A stretch of 64,000 bases of DNA, taken from contig CM119266.1 of the NCBI GenBank assembly GCA_051294375.1, positions 15,428,285 through 15,492,284 on the forward strand, read 5' to 3'. The notes under the pieces are model-generated. The model ran no database searches and was not told the origin of the DNA. It worked only from the letters and a program-made list of their open reading frames with translations. The stretch comes from Paraspadella gotoi. Lineage: Eukaryota; Animalia; Chaetognatha. Both the position numbers and the translations under genes were made by a program. Positions 37,541-51,500 of this stretch are shown piece by piece. Positions within the stretch are counted from its first letter, which is position 1. Every line of letters starts with the position of its first letter.

Positions 37541-38195
37541 TTTTTTAGTCGGATCTGCTTATCAGCAGATTCCGACTCTATAATTCACTTTGTCGGTCCG
37601 TCGGTCCCACCCATAAATCTTGTCGGTAAATCATTTTTATCATATCAGAACATCATATTATGCTAAATTAAGCAACAAAAAAAGATGTCCATCCGTCCGT
37701 CTGTCCATCTGTCCTCCCTCCTTAGCAAAAAACTCCAATTACTCATGATTGGAATGAAATTTTGTGTCTGGGAAGGAAAGTGTGTGATTGAGCTGGATAT
37801 AAAGTTTTGATGGAATCGCGAGAGTGGAAATGAGTGTAAATGAAAAAAACAAAAGTCACATTAACTTAAATCTTTTTACTGATTTTAACCAATAATTACT
37901 CGAATTAATCATAATTGGATGGTTAGATTGAGATTAAATTTTGTATGTGGGTAGGAAAGTGTGTGATTGAGCACGATATAAAGTAGTTAAAAATAATTAT
38001 TTGTACTTTATTGGTAATTATTTCTACTATAGTATTTATTTATTCATTTGTTTGTTCATTCGTTCGTTCGTTTGTTTGTTCGTTCATTCATTAATTTATT
38101 TATCTATTTATTTATCTATTTATTTATTTATTTATTTAGCTGATTACCGCTTAATTATCGTGGGCAGATCCGACATTGTTTGCTCAAACTTTTTT
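37541..38195 (+). mobile_element. DINE-1/HINE-like (Helentron-associated) non-autonomous element
   Basis: T-run then subterminal IR GTCGGATCTGC (37548) with partial local IR, (GTCY)n microsatellite, two ~60-bp core repeats ~180 bp apart (37747, 37927), 3' subterminal IR GCAGATCCGAC (38164-74), short stem-loop GTTTG-CT-CAAAC, T-run. Confidence 0.7.
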
Positions 38196-39230
38196 TTTTT
38201 TTGCTTTTTGTTTGAAAAAGGATTGTTCGATTGTTTGTTTTCTTCGCTGAATTTTCAGACAATAGATAAAGTATCGAGGGAGCAGTTTTCTTAGATTTTA
38301 TCTGGGTGTGGAAAATTGTGGTATATCAAAGTAATGATTATGATTGCACCAAAACAAAATTAAAGATTTTCTCGACTTTTTGATATATTTTCCTAAAAAC
38401 GTATTTAAAATTTATTTACAGTTTTCAAAACCAAAATTTTCGATGTTAACCGTAGTTACATTTACCGGAATTCGAGTTTAAGACTGCAGTAACGCCACAG
38501 ACAATTTTATTTTATTTTTTCACGGAGTTAATCTTATTACCCGCCATGAAGGGCTAATTAGTTTTTTTTCGGAAATTTATTTCTCTCTTTAGAAATTCTT
38601 TTTGTTTGTCGTGTCAACCATGGAACAATGTTCCTTTCAGACCTAAAGCAGCACAAATCTTTTAGATTAGATTAGATAATATTTATTGGTATGGATTATT
38701 TGTTAAATAAATCACCAATTAAACCGAGGCAAGCGTAATTATACTATTTTACTATTTGTGCAGACTGCCGAGAAAATTGTCGAGCTAATTTTGTTTCTAT
38801 TATAGATGTCGCTTTCGTCTTTGACTTCCAGTGACAAAACAACTTACAAACGGCGTCAAAGATTGACTCCTTTTTAAAAATTTTAGTATTTCAGTATTTT
38901 AGTATTTTCAGTATTTTCAGTATTTCAGCTCTCGTTTCGGTTGTTAATCATAATGATAATAAAATTATTAGTTATTCTTCTGTTATTTAATCATTTTTGC
39001 TCTATTTTCTACAAATAAAAATTTGTAAGGAAGATAATCCACGAAAAAAAAACCTAAAATCTATTTTAGTAAGCAATTGTAAATAAATGTCACCCGATTT
39101 AGTGAAGCAAAGCGGAAAGCTTATAAGTTGCAGAACTAATCACATAATCTTGAAACAGCCTTGAACATTGAACAATCACGATGATCGTTGTTGGTCCATG
39201 GTTACTTGAGATTTATTACGAAAGCTCAAA

Positions 39231-41711
39231 TCAGACCGCCGTCGTTTGAGTCCCATCTTTGCTTTGGGTCTGTACGAATCGGAGCGTGTCCTACCAAGAG
39301 TCGATAGTTTGAATTTATTTTTTTTCAATAAAAAAAAATCGTTTCGTTGTGAATTCATTTCTTCCGTTGAGTTGAAGTCAACTTATTTCACCTGCAAATC
39401 CTTCGTCAATCCCTTGATTCTGCTCTTCATCGCATCCATTTTTGCGTCGACCGACGTGAAGTTTCCAACCTTGAAAAAATGTTACGTTGTGCGTAGAAAT
39501 ATTATCAGCGAAATTAAAAGGTTTACTAATAACAATTGCTGTAATGAATTCTAGCGAAGAGCGACATTATTCTCAAAATGGTGTTGTAAACAGAACAGAC
39601 TAAATGCTTGCCATCTTAAATAAACATAAATTAATGAGAATCAGACATTTATCCCACCTTGAAACATTTTCCGCAAGAATTAGCGACTGCTTATGACAAA
39701 ATATATACATGATATCATAAATATCATAAATAAATAATACAAATTGTTTTTATTACTCACTCCGCCTTCCGCTCCCTCCTCCTTCTCGGCTTCTTTCACC
39801 CTTTCGATCAATTTATCTCCTCTGCTCCCGATCGGCGCCAATCTCGGCCCGCCCTCATCGTCGTCGTCGGCGACGTCGTCGCGAGCCTTCCCTCCGGCTT
39901 CGTCACCAACCCCGACGGTCCCGGCGTCGACACCGGCTCCTGCTCCGACAGCGGCGTCGTCGTTGTCGTCGTCTTCGTCGTCGTCGTCGAGATCGTAGTC
40001 GAGCGGCTCGTCGAGAGGCCTCTTCGTGATTATGGAACTGAGTCGCTCCCGTCGACGATGCTCCAGTTCCAGAATTATGCCTTTCACCGTCTCCTCGGCG
40101 TCGGGGGGCGGCGCCGCGCGACGCCGAATGTCCTTCGAATGGAGAAACATAAAAATTTCATGAGCATTTTTATGGCGATGGTTTTTCGCCCGACTCACGT
40201 GAAATGTCTCCAATGATGTGTTCGTTGCGAGTAACCGCTCTCTTCCCAGTCGAGGACCTGTAAAGTCGGTTCGTCTTTTTAGAACTAGAAGTTAGACTAG
40301 ATTTTTCAGTCCAAAATTTTCTGTCCAGACTAGACATTTAGTAGACATAAGTTATCATCGGACCAAAATGATAAGACTTCATTTCGACATATTTTTTTCT
40401 GACCGCCCGTTTACAAACTGTATCTATTGGATTCCGTGATGACATTAAAGTTTGGGACGACGAGGCCGACGTCGAGAGCCTCGTCAACGGGTCTTTCTTG
40501 ATTCGCCTCGATTCGTTGCTCCGCCTCACTAAAAACCAACATTTCTAACTAATTAGATGTACCAAATAATAATAATAAACCAAAAAGAATACCTCTCTGG
40601 GTTCTCAATCGGCTCTGGCTCCGAAGCAATTTCCGGAGAGTCCCATCCCAAATTTCTTTGCAATCGCGTCGACTTGTATCCAAAGAGCAACTGCAAATAG
40701 GCCACGACGCGAAAGATATTGACGCCGGCCCTCGCCCAAAAACGCGGCACGAAGATGGGAGCGGCGACTCCGAGGAACAGCACGATGTAGTCCTGGAGCA
40801 AAAAGAGCCTTTTCAACAAAACGGATGTTCCGCGATCCGGTTCGACGTCAATCTCACCCCCGTCGTCATCATGGTGCAAAAGAGAGAAATAACTTCGTAA
40901 CCCTTGACGTATTTCCACTCGTCATGAAATCGGGTCATCATGTCGTTCCACTTTTCCCTCACGTCATCGAGAAGTTCGATCCAAAGACCGATTTTCCAAT
41001 AGGATCGAGAATTCGCCTGTCGACCAATCCATTTTTTTTTCACCGTTTCTTTTGTTTTTTTTTGTTTCTTTTGTTTTGTGAGAAATGGGAGACGAATCTA
41101 ATCTCATTTTACTTTTAAAACGTCGACGTCCATTATTTTTCCGCCCAGCTTTCCGACGACGGATTTTCCGCGAAGATTTTTTTTTAAATCTAAAACTTTC
41201 GTAATGTCTCTCGTTCGACCCGTCAACTTGTCCATGAGACGGTGGTAACCTTCGTAAACCTGTTGCGCTAACTGTTTCGCCATGTGAATGACTGAGGGAA
41301 GGGAGAAATTGTGGCGACGAAATAAAGGTCATAATTGCCTTATCGTTAATAACGATTCAAAAAGTTAAATGACTAAAAGAATCACAATCTCAAAAAGACA
41401 ATTTTTCTTCAATGACTTTTACACTGAATTCTGATATCACTTAGCAAATTATAATTATAATTATTAGGCGCAGAATACGGTTTTCAATATATTTATTACA
41501 AGTATTCCAATCTAATTCGATTCTTAACCAAAAATAAAGCTAAACATTCATCCTTACCAAACTCTATGACAGATCGACCCGTGTCGAAAATCACTTGTCC
41601 CTCCACTCTTTGCTCCAGTTGAGTCTCTTCATGTTTCGCATAATTGTAAACGTTGTGAAAAAAACTAACGCTACCCAGAATAACTGCCACCGCTAACACC
41701 ACGAACTGCAT
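39231..41711 (-). CDS. Uncharacterised membrane protein: N-terminal signal/anchor, helical segment, central hydrophobic segments, acidic tail, C-terminal coiled coil; ~456 aa
   Basis: Nine phase-consistent GT-AG exons: 41711-41558, 41291-41113, 41016-40858, 40792-40593, 40528-40419, 40257-40199, 40132-39761, 39469-39392, 39290-39231 (last exon less certain); no family recognised. Confidence 0.65.
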
Positions 41712-43895
41712 TTTAACCTAAATATGCTAGAGCTGCTCATACGTTGACAGTTCGCGGTAAAGTATAAAAGTACACACTTCTTATAACTTTAGACGCGCGG
41801 AGTAACGAGAAATAAAGTTTTAGGTAATAATTTATATTTAACAAAGAAGTTGACTCTTTGTTGGGAGTCTTGTTTTCTTGGGCTAGATTTTTTTTATTCC
41901 ATATATTCGGGAAAATTCACTAAATATATTGTGTCCAGAATTTACTTAAGTTAAAGTAATTATTTTGAAACAGTATAGCATCCGTAAGTGTGAGATACTG
42001 GCATCCACTGGATTAAATTGAGATACTTAAGTCATTCCAAGCCTATTTTGCATCATTGATTAAACAATGAAATAAAACTGGTTAAGATATTAAAAAAATC
42101 CTTTGAAATAAATAAATAAATAAATTAAAATTACAAGTAAATACATGAACCCTTCGAACTAATCATCTGGATTTAATTCGATTAATTGGTCACGGATTAA
42201 AAAAAAAAATCGTTAATATTTCCGTTGATATTCGCGGCTCGCTGATTAATGAGAATCCTTAAAACATCGTCAAAATTGATTTTCGCCTAATTAAACTATT
42301 AATAACAAGCCCATCAACTGAGTCAATTAACTCTGTTCCCAAAACTGGTGACGCAGCGTCGACAGTCAACCAAAGTAAACGAGGTGATTTTCTCGTCTCA
42401 CGCGTCACCCGAAAAGACGCTCGACCTTTGAGCTTCGTTCACTCCGTGAACCTTATTCTTTCCTTTGCCAAATCGGTGCGCCTCAAGATTTCCTTTTCCT
42501 TTTCCTTTTTTTTTCTTGTGCCCGCTTCATCCTTGCCCTACTTCTCTTCTACCCTCGTCCCACATTCCCCCCCTTCTCTTTCTCTCTTTTTCTCTTTCTC
42601 TCTGTCTCATTTCTTTTCTCTCTTTTCGCGCATTCCGCCCGGTGCTGTGCGCGTGTCCTAGTGCGGCTGCTGCAGCCGTCGCGTCTCGTGCCGCGCGCGC
42701 CTGGCATCACGGGGCTCCCGCGGCGCTGCAGGGTTCGACGTAACGCTACGAATTTTCGTTGGTTACAGATCGTGCATTTGCAGGCGTAGGCAAGCGGGAG
42801 GTCTCAATAACTGGCTCACTGCTAAATTTTAAAAATATCTTTTTTCTCCCGGCCTGGTCACGTGTTCGTGGAAAACTCCATCCACAGAACTGTCCTTCGA
42901 TTTCCCGGTTTTCGTCCTTGTAACATGCAACGCAGGTTCCGTGTCTGTAGCCCAGGTTCTTACTTTCGCTCCGAGCAGCTGCCTTTCTCTCTTTTCTCTC
43001 GCGCCTCCGTCTTCTCATCCTCATCCTCCTCTTCCTCTTCTTCCTCCTCTACCTCCACTGGTGTTTTTTTTTTTCGTCCCTCCATCATCAATTCCACCAT
43101 AATTCGGCAGCACCATCTCCCACGATCCATTTGCGACTTTCAACAGTGTTTTTTTCAGTTTTTTTTTTTCATTTTTTTGAGACAAAAGCAATTTAAATTG
43201 TTTCTTTCTTTCGTTCATTGCATTGGAATAATTCAACGCCACAAACGTTTTTTAATTTTTTTCTATGGATTACAGCTTCTTCAACATTTCTTCGAAAAAC
43301 AATATTAAAAAAAAGCGACCATAAGCTATCTTTTTGTTTCTCTAATGATGGATGGATCGACACGAAGCAGTGGATGTTCAAAAAAAAAAAAAGAAAAAAA
43401 GAAAATGATCGATTAGTCAATTTTTGCATCATCAGACAAAAATAAAACCGACAACGACGCTTCGTCATTTAATCATGCAAACGGATGCTTCTATTGATTC
43501 GTGGCAGTTGGCTTATTTTCGTTAGTCATTAAAAAAATATTTTTAAGGCCCCTCAAAAAAAGAAAAAAGATAATCGTCTACAGTTCGTTCGCGTTATTGG
43601 CTTTATTGCTCAGCCGGGCTGTATTTTCTGCTCGGCTCGAAATTTCAGATGGCTCCACTGGGATCACATTGGGCGGGAGAATCTTCCAACGTCGTACTTT
43701 ATAAATTCCTTTTTTTGGTTGCGCCTCACTTTGAACCCACGCTCGTTTGTCAGAGGCACATTCGTTCAATGAGCGCGCCTCTCGACGAGATTGCCTTGAG
43801 AGTCTTCTATCAGGATGAATAATGCCCTCTTAACTTTTGACACTTGGAAATTGTTAAATCACAAAATAAAAGGCGAGGAAAATAATTTCGCACAC

Positions 43896-44036
<141 letters not shown>

Positions 44037-44259
44037 GATAAACGAGGTCATACTTTCGTATAGAACAGAAATCTTTGTCAAGGCGTCTTTAATCTAATCC
44101 CATGTATTGCACGTGTCACCTTAACTTTTGCTAACTTTTCTGAACGAAACGAAAATTAAATGTCCGGTTTCCCCAGCAACCGGACACAAAGCTTTCGGTC
44201 ACCACCTCACCTATTTCCCCATTTCCCACTTCCGACCAACGAAAACGAATTCGGAGTCG

Positions 44260-44500
44260 GACCTTCGTTTTGTCCCTTCGTCCCTCTTCCGCCTCTTCTC
44301 ATTGGTTCCCAGACGATCTTTCCAGGTCGCGTAATTGGTCGAATTCTTTTTTTTTTTTTTCCTTTCTTTTTTTTTATGAGCGATGACGAATTCTCACGTA
44401 ACTTGATTGGATTGGGCGAACGCTCACGTGGTTGGTCGCGCTAAACAAACCTTCGCGCTCCCATTGGACGAGAGATAGAAAATGAAAAAGTGACGTCAGA
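44260..44500. promoter_or_regulatory. Promoter-like motif cluster between the divergent orphan and cadherin genes
   Basis: Five ATTGG (CCAAT) boxes, an E-box CACGTG (~44425) and a full CRE TGACGTCA (44491-98) within ~240 bp. Confidence 0.45.
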
Positions 44501-46029
44501 GTCGAACCTGGATCCTCTATGTGCGCGTCGATAATCGTATCTGATTTTCAGAGGGAATTCAAACGCTTATTTTCCATCGAGTTATTATCAAAATTACTCT
44601 AGTATTTGTTAACAATCATCCTCGCAAGTTACTCTCTTAAAATTGTCTGCGTGTCCATGGTAGGTATTCTGGTCGCGTCAAGTCCGCTGATGCAAGAAGA
44701 GGCCACTCCGCCGACCTCGCTGCTGATGGTGGCTGAGGCTGCCGCTGCGGCGTCTGAGGCGCAAAATGGAGGAACCGTGGGATGGAGTGAAGGAGGAGGA
44801 TTCCAAGTCTAGGCTCTGTCTCTCTCTCTTCTCTCTCATCTATCTCTCAGGCTCTCCTCATCTCGTCCGTCTCAGTCCTTCTCTCCACTGCGCGTCTCTC
44901 TCTCGTCTCTCCTCCGCCTCCTGCAAAGATTGGATTTGGTTGCTCGAATTGAAACGTGAGGTGGAAGAATAAAAATCAAATAGGGAGAATAATGAGGGGG
45001 TGGGGGATGGAAGAGGGTGACTCTGTTGTGCTTTTGTTTTGCAAAAATAAAAATCGATTCGTCCTGTAAATTGGCTCTAAATTTTTTTTTTCACCCAATT
45101 AGCGAAAATCAGAAGCAGCGAGGGAGTCTCGACGCTGGAGCCAAAAGGGTGAGGACGTGGAATGAAAAAAAAAAGGGAACGCAATCGCTTCAGGATTTAG
45201 GATCCGATTTTTTTTTAAATTTTATTTTTCAATTGTGTATCTTGTTCTTTCGAAAGGTCTCGTCCGCCCGAATAGTTTCATTATTAATTCTTTTTCCTAA
45301 ATTTATGCGTCCAAACTCTATTTTCCCTTCTTAGGCGCCTTCCATCTCCTTTTTCGCCGCTTCCCAAGAGATAACTAACTCTGACATCTCATGTTTCTCC
45401 TGCACTTAATTCATTCACCATTGTCAATCTTTTCTTCTTCATCGATCTCTAGTCATTTCTCATACCCCTTAATGATTATAAACATTTTAATTATTTTAAT
45501 AAAAATGGCTATTTGCGAATTAAGCAAATCGGTCAGTCACCTAACAAATTGCGTCGCGCCACATTCCATTCAATTTCGCGTTCGACTGCCCATTTGCTTT
45601 TGCTTCGACTTTGTCGGGACATATGAATGGAGTTGTCATTTATGAATGACAGTTTGACACTCGTTATTCGTCGGTTTATGTCTCTTAAAGGCTTCCTCGT
45701 GCATTTACGAAAATTGATACTCAGAATTATATTTACAAAGTTCAACATGTACTTTTCAATAATCGAATTTTGACGATATTTTAATTCTAAAAAGCGAATA
45801 GCGTAACTAAAAAGAAATGAAAAATGAAAAAACCTATTCGACTTTTGCGTCGTTTTCATCGCGATATTAAAGCATTTTCTCCGCTTTTGACGCGAAACGT
45901 TAAGGCGATATTAAAACGGGCAAACATTTTTTTTCCGAACGTCATTTCCATGTTTTCAGCCCGTATTTTCTTTCTTTTTCTCCTCACTTTTCTTTCCATT
46001 ACCTTTTTTTCGCCTTTCTTTGCATCTCC

Positions 46030-46150
46030 GTCCTCTCCATTCCTTTTCTTTTCATTTTCCTCACTTTCCTCCCCATTCCTTTTCTTTTCATTTTCCTCAC
46101 TTTCCTCCCCATTCCTTTTCTTTTCATTTTCCTCACTTTCCTCCCCATTC
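46030..46150. repeat. ~36-bp pyrimidine-rich tandem repeat x3
   Basis: ccattccttttcttttcattttcctcactttcctcc repeated. Confidence 0.8.
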
Positions 46151-47069
46151 ATTCCTTTTTCTATTCATCTTTCCTTTTCCTTTTTATTTGCGCGTCTCTA
46201 AACCGTCGCCGAATCGCAGGTCGTTTCTTCCTTTTCTTTCCTCCTCTCCTGTGCATAACCGTCATCAAAACAATATTTCTTCCTTTCCCTCGCTCTTTCT
46301 CTTGTACGTTTACTTATTCTCTCTCTCTCTCTGCTTCTCCATCTCTCATCGTCTCTCTCGCTCTCTTCATCATCTCCTCACTCTCTCTTCGTCTCTCTCA
46401 TCTCTCTCTCTGCTCTCTCTCTCTCTCCCTCCTCCTTCCCTTCATTGATTTCTTACAATTTCTCCTTCCAGTTTTTCTTCGCTGGGAAACGAAAGCCACG
46501 GTTCTCAAGGACAAAAACCTCTTCAGGACGTCGACCATCTTATTCGCGCCGGATTCCGCGACCCGCCCCCCTCTCTCCCCCTTCGTCTTCATATTCTCTT
46601 CGTCACATTCCTTCTCTTCGCATACACAGCGCGCATCTTATTCCCTTTCGTCTCTGTCTAACCGTTTCTCTCTCTCCCTCTTTATCTCACCTCACACGGA
46701 ATAAATAAAAACTCCAGCAACCGCGTCATCTTCACCATCATCTTTACCATCATCTTCACCATCCCCGTCCTCTCCAGCCTTCTCCCTTAGCCCTCTCCCT
46801 CTAACGGCGTCGCCTCGTTTGTTTGTTTACATTTTTTCGGATATTTAGAGAAAGAAAAAAGGAAATAAACAATCCGTGGCAGTTTGATCGTCTGCGAACC
46901 GATGGTTTTTGGTGGGAGACACAACTTATCTTCCTAAATTTTTTTCCCCCCTTTTTTTGTTCGTTCCTTTATTTCGTCCCTCTTCGTTGTTCATTTTCTC
47001 CTTTTTTTCTCTATCATATTCCCTTTTGTTTTTTCTCTCTCGAACCGCCACGCGCTTTTCCCACGCGTC

Positions 47070-48436
47070 ATGAACGTCATCGTCGCGCGCGGGATCGAGC
47101 GGGGGAGGAGGGGGAGTCGGAGCGAAAGCGGCGCGACCCCGGATTCGAGCGCGGCGTCGTTTCGTTCCCTCAGGGTCATTTCGACTCTGGCCGATTCGAC
47201 GATTCGTTCCGGCGGACGGTCGACGCGACAGTCGCTCCTCAACGCCGACTTTCGGACGATGACGACGAAGACGACGCCGCACGACGTCGACGATCGGCGG
47301 CGCCATTCTCCGTCGACGCTCCGTGGCGGATCGAAAGTAGGCGTCGTCGCCTCGTCGTCGTCACCACCGAGTTGCCTCCTCCTCCTCCTCCCCCTCCTCC
47401 TCTTCCTCGTCCCGTCGCCCCGCGTCGCCGATGCCCTTCTCTTCGCCCCCACCGTCGAAGTCCCCCACACCGCCGGCGCCGGCCAACGCCTCCACAGACT
47501 ACCTGGCGCCGACGAGGGACGCCGGTTTCGACTCGCCAGCGTAGACTGGGGGATGGGGCGCCGCGTGACTCTGGGCGTCGGAAACGCCTTCGACGACGAC
47601 GCCGACGCCGGCGCCGCCGACTCCGCCGTCGGTCGTGACTCTTTCTTCTCACCGTCATCCTCGTACTTCTCATCGTGGCCCCAACCCCTCGTCAAGCTTG
47701 CCGCCTTCTCCACTTCGTCGTCCTTGCCGACGCCAGAGAATGAGGAGCGCCTTCGGGGTTAGTTGATTAATTAACGAGAAAGGCTAATAAACTTCAGAAA
47801 AATCCCAAAAGCCAGGATATAAAAGGAAAGGTCCAACGCTGAAGTATAGTTATTCTTGTCAATCGTATTATCGTTAGTGATGATTGAAATAATGGGAGGT
47901 TATAATTCTTAATAGGTAAATATCATTTTTTAAAAAAATATCCGAAGGAGCCAAATTATTATAATCGATGAACATTTCGGGAAAAATGTCATATCGAATA
48001 ACAAATATCCAATTTATAAAGTTAATTTTTAAAACCTGAATCATCATCAATGCAACAAACTTGTTCCTTGAAAATTAAATCAAAAACAGGCGTAGACAGC
48101 ATCTAATCCAATGTGGAGCCTTACCTTTAATCCTCTTAACCGAAAACCCAAAGATTAAGTTGTCAAGTTTGGCTCATTGCCTTCGGATAGAAAACGCAAA
48201 AGGAGAGCGAAATTGTTTGGACCATCAAAAACAATTCTGTCAGTAAACTTGCATGTGGGCTTAAAATGGCAATCTGTGCCTGACAAGTATATTTTTGTAG
48301 TTTATGTTTTAAAATTTATGTACAGAAATTTAACTAGCTACTACGCTACAATGTATATAAATTCAAACTAAATTAAACCCCGAGGCTGACATGTCGATGA
48401 CCGACTATGGCTTCAAAAGGCCTATGGAACCTCGCC

Positions 48437-48506
<70 letters not shown>

Positions 48507-51500
48507 GAAGTAATGAATGGGAAACCGGTGCGCAAAACTAAGTCGGCGCTTAACAAAGTGAAAAACTAGCCGAGCCAGGAAAATTCGAGATAAATGATTC
48601 GCGGAATAAAATCGGCAAATGAAATAAATTAGTAGAGATGAAATGAATGAGGAGAGGGAAAGTATATACGTAGGGCGTGAGAGATTTTTAAAAAAAAATA
48701 TCACAAATATGTATTATGTATATATATTTTTAAAATGTCAATATTTGTCTCAATCATCGAGATGTACCTCTGTATATCATTTAATGAAATTTTTCCCGCT
48801 CAGTGTTCTCCTTGGTAAACTTTAAAAAAAAAAAAACCTTTAAAAACATACTGAGACGCTGGCGTTCTCGAGGGTTTGTTTGTTTATTAATAGGTTTTTT
48901 CTTCCTACATCTTTCTTCGCCGGCGCCGGGATTTAAAGGCTTGTCATTTTGTTTACTCCCAACGCGTCGATGAATAAAGGAATTTCGTGTTTTTTCTCTC
49001 GTGGTTCATAGAATTCGAATGAGGAGATGGAGAGAGAAAGAGAGAAAAACCAAATTTAAACAAGAATTAAGCGGATAAGTTTAACTAAAATCAGTTTAAA
49101 AAATGAAATAATTAAAAAAAATGATAATTTTTACCAGACACAGATTAGTCTTATTTATTTATTTATTTATTTATTTGTTTATAATTATATGTATAACAAC
49201 AAATAAATAATTTAGACTAATATGTACCGTCGCAGAATTCAAATTGAATTAAAATTTACATCCTTCCATTCCTTTTATTTACTCCTATTTCCCTCGACAG
49301 AGGAATCCCGCATGATGGCGCGCCTGTTTTCGATCCTCGCCGACGGGTCGTTGATTCCCAACTCTGACCTTCGACCTTTCGTCGGACGAGTCTTTCTCCT
49401 CGCCGTCGACAATGTCTTGGACGACGTCGACGATCATGACTGCGACGTCAACCTCGGTGGTGACGCCTGGCGTCAAACTCTGAGGGTCAACGTCGTCAAC
49501 GGCTCCCAGATCCTTCACTTCGAGCGGAATCCATACGAGGTGAGGGACGACCGGCGATGCCGGGCATTTTTCCTCGGCGCCATTTTTTTTTATTGTTAAG
49601 TCGTTCGTTTGATTGTTAATTAGTTTATAAACGATTAGTTTTAAAAGCGTATCACTAAATTGAATTTTTTACCACTTACATATAGTAACAATGGAATAAC
49701 TTAAAAGAATAATTGTTATGAAACGCCTACTTCTTGACAAGAATATCCCAAATCAATTCCATCCAGGGAAAAATCCTGGAGAACCAACTTCCGGGAACCG
49801 TGGTGGAGGTGAATCCACCCATCCGCCTCCACCCCAACTCCCTCGTCGAGTCCGCCGACGACCTGGAGGCCGAAATCGTCGCCGGAGACGAACGCGGCCT
49901 CTTCAAAGTGGAACTACTCGAACGAACGCCTCCGAAACCCAGCAGCCGCGGCAGCAACAGCAACGGCAAACTCGGCAGCAGCGTTAGCAGCCAAAGCCAA
50001 CAAGAACAACGACGACAACAAGAAAAACAAGTAGAAAAGCCTAGAAAACAATTGCATGACTCGGAAACGACGACAACAACCGCCACTAACCAGAAAACCG
50101 AATATCCTCATCGTAGCAGCAGCGTATCCATTAACATTAATAACAATAATTACAATTACGTTAACAAAGTCGGTAACGACCGTAATCGTCTCCGTCGGGA
50201 GGACGAAGCGACGGAAGCGACGCCGAAAGAGAAAATCTCGATTCCGCTTCAAGTCGTCGCCACGCGACCTCTGGACGCCGAAGATACCAGCATGTTCAAC
50301 TTAGTTTTAAGAGTTCGTAATAGGTCAGTTTTTTTTTTTTTTTTTGGGGGGGGAGTGTTAAAAGTGGGTGAGTCTTGGTTTAGAAAGTCGGCGGTAGGCG
50401 TCAAGCGCGCGACGGGGATTAACGTTGATGATTTTTGGTTAATAATTTTGTCATAAAAACTGCTTGACGGAGTATGTATTTTTAAAAATACTGAAATTTT
50501 TTCCAGTTATTTTTTTTTTTCATGCGTTAGATCGGTTGATATAAAAAAAGTAGTGAAATAATTTTTTTTTGAAGTTTAGTTTTCTTGGTTTATTTTTAAA
50601 AATATTCTCCGTTTTGTCGGAAGTGAATGGCGATAAAAGAAAAAACAAAACAAATCACTGATCAGATCTCCTTATTCCGTATTTCTTTTTCCCTCGTCCC
50701 TATTCTGCAATCCCGTCGTCAATCGCGCACAATAAACAAAGCGGATGGATGTTCTTTCCCGAAGGAATGATGAGATGAATGATTGAAAAGATGATTGGTT
50801 CGTCGCTCGGATGATGAAATACCGAGACTTCATCTTCTTTTTCTCTCTCTTCTTTTCTTTCGACAGAAAAACTAGCGAAGAAGGAGAAACCGAATTGATA
50901 GTAGACGTCGAAAACGTGAACGAATTCGCGCCGAAATTCGAACAGAATTTGTACAGTGTAACGATAAGCAAAGATCTAATCCCCGATTATCCACTAATAC
51001 AAGTCTCAGCAACGGACGAGGATCATATCATTGTACAAAATAGGTGAGAAACTAGTTTTCCATAAAAAAAACAAACTTTTAAGACTTTTGCCGCGTATTT
51101 TGTCTAATTCTAATAACGACTTAAATTTAACTGCATTTCTCGTCGAATTTCAATAATGATTTTAATTTCAGTCTAGTCTTTGCAAAGTTTTAAGAATTAT
51201 ATTAGTTTTCAAACTTTTGATTTAGTTATAATCGGGAGAATAAACAAAGCTACTTTTTAGAATATTCTCTGCATTTATCTTTTGTTTTTTTTAACCTAAT
51301 GTAGCGACCCCTTTGTGAAGTGGAACCCCGCATCCGCCGCTACCTCTGCTTTTAGTTCATCTTCCCTTCCATCAAATCAGCTTACGTACTCGTTCTGTCC
51401 GGACGAAGCGGATCGAGGCGACGGTAAGAAGATTGGCTCTTGGATTGATGCCATTGTTAATAATATTAATAACAGAATCTACCCTGTGATTGTAGCAACG

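Noticed and set aside
44606-44812. Short Ala-rich ORF after the CCAAT cluster
   Set aside because: No recognisable homology or splice connection; could be a uORF but unsupported
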